From Anaeramoeba ignava BMAN (Eukaryota > Protista > Anaeramoebae), in NCBI GenBank assembly GCA_028826165.1, contig JAPDFW010000132.1, forward strand, positions 77,889-141,888: 64,000 bases of DNA, given 5' to 3'. Position 1 is the first letter of the stretch. Every line of letters begins with the position of its first letter. The translations under genes and the position numbers were made by a program. Shown piece after piece: positions 27,900 to 39,810 of the stretch. Below the pieces are notes generated by a model. It was not told where the DNA came from. It was given only the letters and a program-made list of their open reading frames with translations, and did no database searches.

Positions 27900-30800
27900 A
27901 TGAATGAATTCAATAAAATTTTAGAAAATATAAATTTAAAGTCAATTCGAGAACCTGAATTTTTAGACAGAATAACTGAGACAAATATTCGAAGTTTTAC
28001 ATGGAGTTTACTTTTAGGATGTTTTGGAGAAAAAATAAACAGGGGAAACTTTCTACAAATACTTCAAGAAACAAGAACTCGATATGAAATTCTTCGAGAA
28101 AAATATGTTGAAAATAAAGTGATTCCTTTATTTGAAAATAACAGTGAGTTTCCAAACAAAGTGGATATGAATGAGTTGCATCGAATCCTTGTTTTAGATG
28201 TCAAACGTACTGATCCTCAAAGCGAATTATTTGCTAAGAAAAACATTCAGGAAATGATGAAGAATGTTCTTTTGATTTATGTTTATGAAAACCAAAGAAA
28301 TGATGGATATAAACAAGGAATGCATGAGATTCTTATTCCTGTTATTTATATCTTACAAAAGGATTTGGAATATTCTCGAATTGAACGAGAGAAATATCAG
28401 TAACAAAAAATTTTTTGGATCTTTGTTTATTATTTCTTTTTTGATTTATAAATGTTATATTTATTTTTGATCCCCTTTAGATCTTATTTATAATAATAAT
28501 TTTAATAATAAATATAATAATAAATTTAATAATAATTTTAATAATAAATATAATAATAAATTTAATAATAAATTTAATAATAAATTTAATAATAAATTTA
28601 ATAATAAATTTAATAATAATTTTAATAATAATTTTAATAATAATTATAATAATAAATTTAATAATAATTATAATAATAAATTTAATAATAAATTTAATAA
28701 TAAATTTAATAATAATTTTTAATAATAATTTTAATAATAAATTTAATAATAACTTTAATAATAAATTTAATAATAATTATAATAATAATTTTATTAATAA
28801 TTTAATAACAATTTTTATAATAAATTTAATAATAAATTTAATAATAATTATAATAATAATTTTAATAATAATTTTAATAATATTTTTAATAATATATTTA
28901 ATAATAATTTAATAATAAATTTAATAATAATTTTAATATTAAAATTAATAATAATATTAATAATAATTTTATCTTTCTTTTTACTTAAAAAATTAGAAAT
29001 CAAATGAGAGAAAATATTGAATATTTTTCTTTTTTTAATGAAAATTACTTTGAACATACAATTTTCTTATTATATGAAAAATTAATGAAGATTATTTCTC
29101 CTCTTTTTATAAGTCACAAACAAAATTTAACACCATCACTTCCTGAAAAAGTTGATGAAAAAGTTATCAAAGAAGAATATCATGAAGTTATTTCTGAATT
29201 TCAATTAAAAAGTGATGAAATCCAAAATGTTATACTTTTCTCAAAAGATCCAGATCTTTCTAATTATCTTAAATCCAAAGAAGTTGAACCAGGAATTTAT
29301 TTAGTGTAATTTTAAAAATTATTTTATGATCATTTATTATTTAAAAATTTATTTTTTTGTTCCACTTTTTTTTTTCTTTTTTTTCTTAAATAGTCGATGG
29401 ACTCGTTTAATGTTTTTACGTGAATTTCATTTGGAAGATGTTCTTATTATTTGGGATTCAATTCTTGGATCAGAAAATCCTTTAAAATTTGTTGATTACT
29501 TTTGTGTTTCTATGTTGATTTTTATTCGAGAACAATGTAAAATTTATTTCAAAATTTATTTTAATATTTATTTCAATATTTATTTAAATATTTATTTAAA
29601 TAATTATTTCAAATTTATTTCAATATTTATTTTAATATTTATTTTAATATTTATTTCAATATTTATTTCAATATTTATTTCAATATTTATTTAAATATTT
29701 ATTTTAATATTTATTTAAATATTTATTTTAAAATTTATTTCAATATTTATTTCAATATTTATTTCAATATTTATTTAAATATTTATTTCAATATTTATTT
29801 CAATATTTATTTCAAAATTTATTTCAATATTTATTTAAATATTTATTTCAATATTTATTTTAAAATTTATTTAAATATTTATTTCAAAAATTATTTCAAT
29901 ATTTATTTAAATATTTATTTCAATATTTATTTAAATATTTATTTCAATATTTATTTTAAAATTTATTTCAATATTTATTTCAAAATTTATTTCAAAATTT
30001 ATTTCAATATTTATTTCAATATTTATTTCAATATTTATTTCAATATTTATTTCAATATTTATTTCAATATTTATTTCAATATTTATTTAAATATTTATTT
30101 CAATAATTATTTCAATATTTATTTAAATATTTATTTCAATAATTATTTCAATATTTATTTCAAAATTTATTTCAATATTTATTTCAATATTTATTTCAAT
30201 ATTTATTTCAATATTTATTTCAAAATTTATTTTTAATATTTATTTAAATATTTATTTCAATATTTATTTAAATATTTATTTCAATATTTATTTCAATATT
30301 TATTTAAATATTTATTTCAATATTTATTTAAATATTTATTTCATTATTTATTTCAATATTTATTTCAAATTATTTCAATATTTATTTCAATATTTATTTC
30401 AATATTTATTTCAATATTTATTTCAATATTTATTTCAATATTTATTTCAATATTTATTTCAATATTTATTTAAATATTTATTTCAATATTTATTTCAATA
30501 ATTATTTTTAATATTTATTTCAATATTTATTTCAATATTTATTTAAATATTTATTTCAATATTTATTTCAATATTTATTTTAATATTTATTTTTAATATT
30601 TATTTCAATATTTATTTCAATATTTATTTCAATATTTATTTCAATATTTATTTCAATATTTATTTTAATATTTATTTCAATATTTATTTCAATATTTATT
30701 TCAATATTTATTTTCAATATTTATTTAAATATTTATTTCAATATTTATTTCAATATTTATTTCAATATTTATTTAAATATTTATTTCAATATTTAATATT

Positions 30801-32774
30801 TATTTCAATATTTATTTAAATATTTATTTCAAAATTTATTTCAATATTTATTTCAATATTTATTTCAATATTTATTTAAAAATTTATTTCAAAATTTATT
30901 TCAATATTTATTTTAATATTTATTTCAATATTTATTTCAAAATTCATTTTTAATATTTATTTCAATATTTATTTCAATATTCATTTTAATATTCATTTCA
31001 ATATTCATTTTAATATTTATTTCAATATTTATTTCAATATTCATTTTAATATTTATTTCAATATTAATTTCAATATTTATTTCAATATTTATTTTAATAT
31101 TTATTTAAATATTTATTTCAATATTTATTTCAATATTTATTTCAATATTTATTTCAAAATTTATTTCAATATTTATTTCAATATTTAATTCAATATTTAT
31201 TTCAAAATTTATTTAAAATTTATTTCAATATTTATTTTAATATTTATTTCAATATTTGTTTCATTATTTATTTCAATATTTATTTAAATATTTATTTCAA
31301 TATTTATTTCAATATTTATTTCAATATTTATTTTAATATTTATTTCAATATTTATTTCAAATTATTAGTATTTAGCCTTGATAATCAATCAGGAATATTT
31401 GATAGACTCTTAAAATATCCACCAGTAGAAAATGTTCGAGTATTAATCAAACAAGCACGAGAGTTACTACATACAAAACATAAAATGAAATTTAAATTTA
31501 AACCAATTTCACAATCAGAAAAAAAAACCAAATCAACATCAAAACAAAATGGTCAAAACAAAAATACATCAAAGAAAATCAGATTTTCTGCACATAGACA
31601 TCATCATAGTATTGATATTCCAGAAACAAATGAGAAAAATATTCTTACAAGAGTTCATACTCAAACATCTTTACCTCAAGATCTAAATAATTCAATTTCT
31701 CGAAAACAAATTTTTTTAGATTTGGATTCATCGAATCCATCAAAAGTTCAAAAAGCACTTTCTCATTTATCAACAGATCAACAGTTAAAAATTTTAACTG
31801 ATCATGTCTTAAAAACTTCCCAAACTCAACTTAAATTGGGAAGAATTGTTTCAACTATTATTCAACAATTTGAAGATTATGTTCGAAAAACACAAGAATT
31901 AAAACCTCAAATTGAAATTCAAGATTCAAAGTGATTATTTTACATTATTTTAAATTATTTCAATTTATTTCCAATTTATTTCCAAATTTATTTTACATTA
32001 TTTTAAATTATTTCCAATTTATTTCCAAATTATTTTTAAATCATTTTTAATTTATTTCAAAATTATTTCCAAATTATTTTAAATCATTTAAAATTAATTT
32101 TACATTATTTCCAAATCATTTTTAAATTATTTCTAAATTTATTTTAATTTCAAATTTTTCTCTTTAAAACAAATATTTATTATTTTAATTGTAGTTTTGA
32201 TATTTTAAATTCAGATTCAATATTTGAAGATATTGCTTTGTTGAAACAAGTTAAGCATGTTTTAATTCATGAATTAAGTTTTTCTGATTTTGATTATTCT
32301 TATCGAAAACAAAATTTAAGAAAAGCAAAAGAAATAGGTCATCAAAGAACTCAATCTTATCAAACAATAATGAAAAATAATCAAGAAAATTCATTTGAAA
32401 CAATTAGAAGAAATCAAAATCAAAAAATCAATGAATTTCAAACAAATCAAAACAATTCAAATCAAAATAATTCAAACAAAAATAATTCAAAAAATAATTC
32501 TAATCAAAATAATTCAAATAAAAATAATTTAAATAAAAACAATTTAAATCAAAATAATTCAAATAAAAATAATTCAAATCAAAACAATTCTAATTCCAAA
32601 AATAATTCAAATCAAAATAATTCAAATCAAAACAATTCAAATTCAAAAAATAATTCAAATCACAATTCAAATTCAAATAATTCAAATCAAAACAATTCAA
32701 ATCAAAACAATTTAAATCAAAATGAACAAAATCACAAAAATTACAAAAATCATAAAAACCATAAATTAATTTAG
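27900..32774 (+). CDS. TBC-domain Rab GTPase-activating protein, TBC1D5-like (5 exons)
   Basis: IRSFTWSLLLG, Arg finger LVLDVKRT, Gln finger YKQGMHEIL, RWTRLMFLREFHLEDVLIIWD, LLKYPP, C-terminal LKQVKHVL; introns 28401-28996, ~29306-29393, 29537-31368, ~31931-32194. Confidence 0.88.
28490..28965 (+). repeat. Intronic 12-mer array (AATAATAAATTT)n in TBC intron 1
   Basis: Direct reading. Confidence 0.85.
29540..31362 (+). repeat. Intronic 12-mer array (TATTTATTTCAA)n in TBC intron 3
   Basis: Direct reading; intron 1832 nt; same unit and sense orientation as in the DENN and CH-PH introns. Confidence 0.95.
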
Positions 32775-33004
32775 GATTTGAAATTAATAAATTTTTTTTT
32801 AGGAAAGATTGTAAAAAAAATCAATAAAAACTAAAAAAAACAAAACGAATAATTTTAATTTGTAATTTTTATTAATTTTTTTTTTGGAATCTTTTAAAAG
32901 AAAAAAATAATTTGATTGTTCCACTTTTTGTTCCACTTTTTTTTTAGATTTTTTTTAGATTTTTTTTAGATTTTTTTTAGATTTTTTTTTATTATTGAAT
33001 TAAA

Positions 33005-34077
33005 TCATTTTTTATTTGGATTCCATTCTTCTTCAGGAATTAATAAATTCGGACCAAGATCGAAAACAAAAGGTTTTTGAATAGCTTTATAATCTTTATC
33101 AACAGAAGAAGCATTAATAAAAAGAGTATTAAGATCATCTTTTTTAAAAATTCCATAAGATTCATGAACATGACCAAAAACATGAAATAAGGGTTTTACA
33201 ACGGAAACAGTTTTCAATAATTCTTTACAACCGACATGAATATGTTTATTATCTTTAGTGATAATTGTATCAAGAATTCCATAAGGAGGTGTATGTGTTA
33301 AAAGAACATCAACTTTCCCAAAATTTTCAAGTTCATCCCATTTTTCTCTTAATTCTTCTTGTGTTCTTCCAAATGCCCAATCGTGATATATCGGTTGAAA
33401 TGCACTTCCCCAAAATGTATATCCTTCTATTTCGACTGATGTTTGATTTAGGATAATGAAATTTTTTAATGCTTTTTCTGCTGTTTTTGGTGATTTTTCA
33501 AATTCTAAATCATGATTTCCCGCTAATTTTTTAATTTTAATTTTAATTTTATAAATGAATTTTAATTTTAATTTTGATTTTATAAATGATTTTTAATTTT
33601 AATTTTAATTTTAATTTTAATTTTAATTTTAATTTTAATTTTAATTTTGATTATAATTTCAATTTTAATTTGAATTTTAATTTTAATTTTAATTTTATAA
33701 ATGAATTTTAATTTTAATTTTAATTTTGATTTTAATTTTGATTTTAATTTTAATTTTAATTTAAATTTTAATTTTAATTTTAATTTTAATTTTAATTTTA
33801 TAAATGAATTTTAATTTTAATTTTATAAATGAATTTTATAATTTTAATTTTAAATTGAAATCTTACGAACAAAAATTTTATATTTATGTGGGAATTGTGA
33901 AACCCAATTTGAAAATAAATCAATTTCAAATTCAGTTCCAGTATCTGTTATATCACCAACATGAATCAAAACATCTCCATCAGGAATAAAAGAAATATTA
34001 TCATGATCATTATGAGTATCAGAAATACAAACAACTCTTAATTTTTTTTGATTTAAATTTAATTGTTCTTTTTCCAT
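33005..34077 (-). CDS. MPPED1/2-like calcineurin-family metallophosphoesterase (2 exons)
   Basis: All metallophosphoesterase motifs after splicing intron ~33866-33523: CISDTH, IHVGD, PGNHD, LTHTPP, FGHVHESYG. Confidence 0.92.
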
Positions 34078-34237
34078 TATTTAATTATTTAATTATTTAA
34101 TTAATTTTTTTTTAAAAATGAAAAATGAAAAAATGAAAAAATAAAAATTTCTTTCTTTTTTTAATCAAAAAAAAAAAAAAAAGCAAAAAAAAAAGTGGAA
34201 CAAAATAAAAAGGAAAAAAAACGAATTTAAAAATTAT

Positions 34238-37200
34238 TTATTTTTCTTTTGATTCTATTTCTTTCTTATGAATTCTACTGCAAAGTTCTTCTATAATTTT
34301 CTTATCAATTTCCAATCTAGCTTTTTTTTCATTCAAATGTTTTTGAGCCAAAGCTTTTTCTTCAGTTCCTCTTTGTTGAATATTTGAAATATAATTTTCC
34401 GTTAAAGAAATTTTTGCAATCAAAGTTTCTTTTTCCAAAATAAGTCTTTCTTGAATATATTTATTGCTTTTTTCAATTTTTGAGTTGAACTGGTCAATTT
34501 GTTTTGAAGAAGTTATTTGTTTTATTCTTTGTTCTAATTTTTTATGTTGATTCTGTATAAATTCTTCCATAATTTCTACATTTTTTTTGTCTCTAAGTCT
34601 TTGTTGTAAATCTCTAAATTGTGATAAAATTTCTAAAAATCCTACTTTCATTTCTGCTAATTGTTGATGTGTTGTTTCGATTTCTTGTAATAAAATTTGA
34701 TTTTGAATACTTTTTGCACTGCAATCTTTTAATTTATAAGTTTCTGAATTTCCAATTATTTTAGATTTTTTATCAATTTCTTGAATAAATCCTATTTAAA
34801 ATTAAAATTCATTTATAAAATTAAAATCGGATAAAAATTAAATTTAAAAAATTATTCTTTACCTGTAATCTTTTCACTTAAATCAAATCTTTGTTGAATT
34901 AATTTGGAAACTAATGATTTTTGTTCTTCAAGTTCTTCTTGAAGTTGCTCTTTTTCATCTTGAAGAATATTCAAATCATAATTTTCTTCTTCATATTGTT
35001 TATTAAGCATCTTTGAAAATGAACAAATATTGTTTCCATATAAAATAGAAGGTAATTCTCCACTAAAAACATCTTCCATTTCTTTTTCTTTCAAATTTTG
35101 TGAACGTCTTTTAGGTAAAACACTTTTTCTTTTTGATTTTTGAGGATCTTGATTTGGATTTCTTTGATTTCCTTTTAAATTTTCATTTGAATTTTCATTT
35201 GAATTTTCATGAACAACAAAACTTTGATTTTTTTCAAGTTCTTTTGGGTCAAATAAAGGTTTTGATTTACGAAAAAGATCTAAAATATGATCTTCAGATT
35301 GTTCTTGATTTTCATCTTGATCATTATCTGAAACAATAACACAAGATCCTCCACTATTTTCATCATCATCATCATCATCATCATTATCATTATCATTATC
35401 ACTATCACTATCACTATCAAAATTATAATCATAATCCTTATCATTTTCTTTTTCATTATTTGAATCTGATTCTGAATATGATTTAAATTCATGTTGTTTT
35501 AATAAATTTTTTCCAATTTCTGGATTTTTTTGATTTGAAAGTGCATTAATAACAGTTTTTAAATCCGATTCTGATTCTGAATCAGAATCAAGTGTATTTT
35601 CCACAAAGGTTCCCATTGCTAAATTTATATTAACATTACTATTTTTTTTTCCGTTTAATTTTTCATTTGATTTTTCATTTGATTTTGGATTTGATTTTGG
35701 ATTTGATTTTGGATTTGATTTTGGATTTGATTTTTGATTTAATTTTTCATTTGATTTTTGATTTGATTTTTCATTTGATTTTGTATCTTGTATTTCATTT
35801 TCATTTTCAACAAAATTATCATCATCCAAATCAAGAATTGTTGGATCATCTTCAATTTCAAGCATTTTTTGAGAATTCTCATCATCATCATCATCTTCAA
35901 TATCATCAATATCATCGATATCATCATCATCATCCCGATTATCTGGACGAATAATTTTTGGGGTTTCATTTGCATTGTCTTCATTTTCAAGACTAAAAGC
36001 ATGAGTCGAAAACAAAGCAGAAGGATTATAAAAGGAAATATGTCTAAATAAAAGTTTGCGTTCTTCTTGTCCTGAATTTGGTTTAATGCTTTCTTTGATT
36101 TTCGCAATTTCATCTAAAAGAAGAGTCAACCATTCTGATTTTTCTGAAACTGAAGATGCCACAAAATGATGTGTTTCTTTATCCACTATTTCAAAAGAAA
36201 GGCAATGTGATTCTAGTGTTCCAACATATAAATCTTTATATCCAAGATCGATAACTTCAATAGCAGGTGTTGTTGAAGAAACATGAATTTGCAATTTTGT
36301 TTTAAATAATTTGAGGTATCGTGGAATGTATTTAACAGTCTAATTTTTAAATAAATATTGAAATAAATATTGAAATAAATATTTGAAATAAATATTGAAA
36401 TAAATTTTGAAATAAATATTTTAAATAAATATTTAAATAAATATTGAAATAAATATTTTAAATAAATATTTAAATAAATATTGAAATAAATATTGAAATA
36501 AATATTGAAATAAATATTGAAATAAATTTTAAAATAAATTTTTAAATAAATATTTAAATAAATATTGAAATAAATTTTGAAATAAATTTTGAAATAAATT
36601 TTGAAATAAATATTGAAATAAATTTTGAAATAAAATTTGAAATAAATATTTTAAATAAATTTTGAAATAAATTTATAAATAAATATTTAAATAAATATTT
36701 AAATAAATTTTGAAATAAATATTGAAATAAATATTGAAATAAATATTGAAATAAATATTGAAATAAATTTTGAAATAAATATTAAAATAAATATTTAAAT
36801 AAATTTTGAAATAAAATTTGAAATAAATATTGAAATAAATTTTGAAATAAATTTTGAAATAAATATTGAAATAAATTTTGAAATAAATTTTGAAATAAAT
36901 ATTGAAATAAATATTGAAATAAATATTGAAATAAATTTTGAAATAAATTTTGAAATAAATATTTAAATAAATTTTGAAATAAATATTGAAATAAATATTG
37001 AAATAAATATTGAAATAAAATTTGAAATAAATATTGAAATAAATTTTGAAATAAATATTGAAATAAATATTGAAATAAATATTAAAATAAATATTGAAAT
37101 AAATATTGAAATAAATATTTAAATAAAATTTGAAATAAAAATTTAAAATAAATTTTAAAATATTGAAATAAATATTGAAATAAATATTGAAATAAATATT

Positions 37201-39565
37201 GAAATAAATATTTAAATAAATTTTTAAATAAATATTGAAATAAATATTTAAATAAATATTGAAATAAATTTTAAAATAAATATTAAAATAAATATTGAAA
37301 TAAATATTTAAATAAATTTTGAAATAATTTTGAAATAATTTTTGAAATAAATTTTGAAATAAATTTTTGAAATAAATTTTTAAATAAATATTAAAATAAA
37401 TATTGAAATAAATTTTTAAATATTTAAATAAATTTTGAAATAAAATTTGAAATAAATATTTAAATAAATATTTAAATAAAATATTAAAATAAATATTTAA
37501 AATAAATTTTGAAATAAATTTTGAAATAAATTTTGAAATAAATTTTGAAATAAATTTTGAAATAAATATTGAAATAAATTATGAAATAAATTTTGAAATA
37601 AATTTTGAAATAAATTTTAAAATAAATTTTTAAATAAATTTTGAAATAAATTTTGAAATAAATATTTAAATAAATTTTGAAATAAATTTTGAAATAAATT
37701 TTGAAATAAATATTTAAATAAATATTGAAATAAATTTTGAAATAAATATTGAAATAAATATTGAAATAAATATTGAAATAAATATTTAAATAATTTTTAA
37801 ATAAATTGAAATAAATATTGAAATAAATATTTAAATAATTTTTGAAATAATTATTGAAATAAATTTTGAAATAAATATTGAAATAAATTTTGAAATAAAT
37901 TTTGAAATAAATATTTAAATAAAATTTGAAATAAATTTTGAAATAAATTATTAAATAAATTTTGAAATAAATATTGAAATAAAATTTTAAAATAAATTTT
38001 AAATAAATTTTAAAATAAATTATTAAATAAATATTTAAATAAATTTTAAAATAAATTATTAAATAAATATTTAAATAAATTTTGAAATAAATATTGAAAT
38101 AAATATTGAAATAAATTTTAAAATAAATTTTTAAATAAATTTTAAAATAAATTATTAAATAAATATTTAAATAAATTTTGAAATAAATATTGAAATAAAT
38201 TTTGAAATAAATATTGAAATAAATTTTTAAATAAATTTTTAAATAAATATTTAAATAAATATTGAAATAAATTTTAAAATAAATTCCCAGATAATCCATG
38301 ATTTGTTTACTTGACCCTTTTGATCTCTATAAAGAATCCAATCATGTTTTATTGATTGATGCCTTGAACTTATTTTTACTTGAACAGGATTTGTTATATT
38401 TTGTTTTATAATATTTTTCACAATTGTTTGTTGTGATTTTATAATTGAATACATCCATCCATTTAATAAAGGTTGTGTTTCACATGAAATATGTAAATAT
38501 TTAGTTTGAAAATTAGTAGAAATTCGACAACAAAATTCCAGATTATGTTCTGAAAATGTTTGACATGTTGTATCTGGATCAATTTCATAAATAACTGTTT
38601 TTCTATCTGGAATTGATACTGAAATTTTTGCTCCAGTTAATCTAATTAATTTTTAATTTTAATTTTAATTTTAATTTTATAAATGAATTTTAATTTTAAT
38701 TTTATAAATGAATTTTAATTTTAATTTTATAAATGAATTTTGATTTTAATTTTAATTTTAATTTTATAAATGAATTTAATTTTTAATTTTAATTTTGATT
38801 TTAATTTTAATTTTGATTTTAATTTTATAAATGAATTTAAATTTTAATTTAAATTTTAATTTTATAAATGAATTTTAATTTTAATTTTAATTTTATAAAT
38901 GAATTTTAATTTTAATTTTAGTTTTAATTTTATAAATGAATTTTAATTTTTACGCTAATTTAGATTTTTTCCATTCTTTATCAAAAACAAGAACATCTCC
39001 TAATAAATGTTATTATAACAAATTAAATAAAAATTTTCTTTAAAATATCTTTAAAAAATAATATCAAAAATAACCTTCTTTTTGAATAATACTAAAAAAT
39101 AAAAAATTAAATTAAATTAAAAATAAAAAATTAAATTGTTTTTAAAACTTACTTTCTTTCTTTTCCTAAAGAAATTTTAGGTTTTTTCATAAAAGGACCT
39201 TTAAAACCAATTTTTTCAGCTGCACTTGAAAGTAAGAAAAATAAAGAAGTAACTTTTTGAAGATTTTTACTTTCAATTAAATCAGACGGTTTAAAAAGCA
39301 TATCTTTTTTAATTTTTAGAGTTTGAGAACAAGCTTGAAGAAATAAATGAAGATTTTTTTGATGGAAAGAAGTTTTATGCTTATTTTTATGAAAATTTTT
39401 AACCGTTCCTGGTTTGATTTTATTTATCAATTCACAAAGAATTTCTCCTGATTTTAAATCAGAATAAATGTTTTGTGGGGAAACATGTATATGCGTTAAA
39501 TTAGTAACCCAACGTGCAAATGATTTTAATTTTAATTGTGTTTTTGAATCAACAATTAATGCCAT
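34238..39565 (-). CDS. Calponin-homology + two PH domains + acidic linker + coiled-coil protein (6 exons, incl. a 17-nt microexon)
   Basis: CH: DLKSGEILCELINKIKPG...NLHLFLQAC...LFKPSDL...NLQKV; PH1 IQKEG...EWKKSK...LNGWMYSI; PH2 IKHDWIL...RYLKL...HHFVASSVSEKSEWLTLL; introns 39152-39092, 39074-39000, 38953-38642, 38310-36340, ~34862-34792. Confidence 0.8.
36345..38285 (-). repeat. Intronic 12-mer array, sense (TATTTATTTCAA/AATTTATTTCAA)n, in the CH-PH gene
   Basis: Plus strand reads (TTGAAATAAATA/TTGAAATAAATT)n; intron 1971 nt. Confidence 0.95.
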
Positions 39566-39810
39566 AAAAATAATAAAATGAAAAATGAAAAATGAAAAAT
39601 GAAAAAAATTTTCAAAAGGAGAAAAAGAAAAGGAGAAAAAAAATTGATTTGTTTTTTTCCTTAATCCATTTTTTTTTGGCTAATCCAAGAAAAAAAAAAG
39701 AAATTCAACAAAAAAAAAGTAAAAAAAAAAAAGTAAAAAACTAAATTCAATTTTCCTTTTTCTTTTGATTCTTTTGATTCTTTTAATTCATTTCATTCAT
39801 TTCATTCATT

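Noticed and set aside
28401-28495. Short version of TBC intron 1 ending at the pyrimidine-rich AG at 28479-28480
   Set aside because: Splicing there meets an in-frame stop within four codons; the AG at 28995-28996 restores the TBC domain
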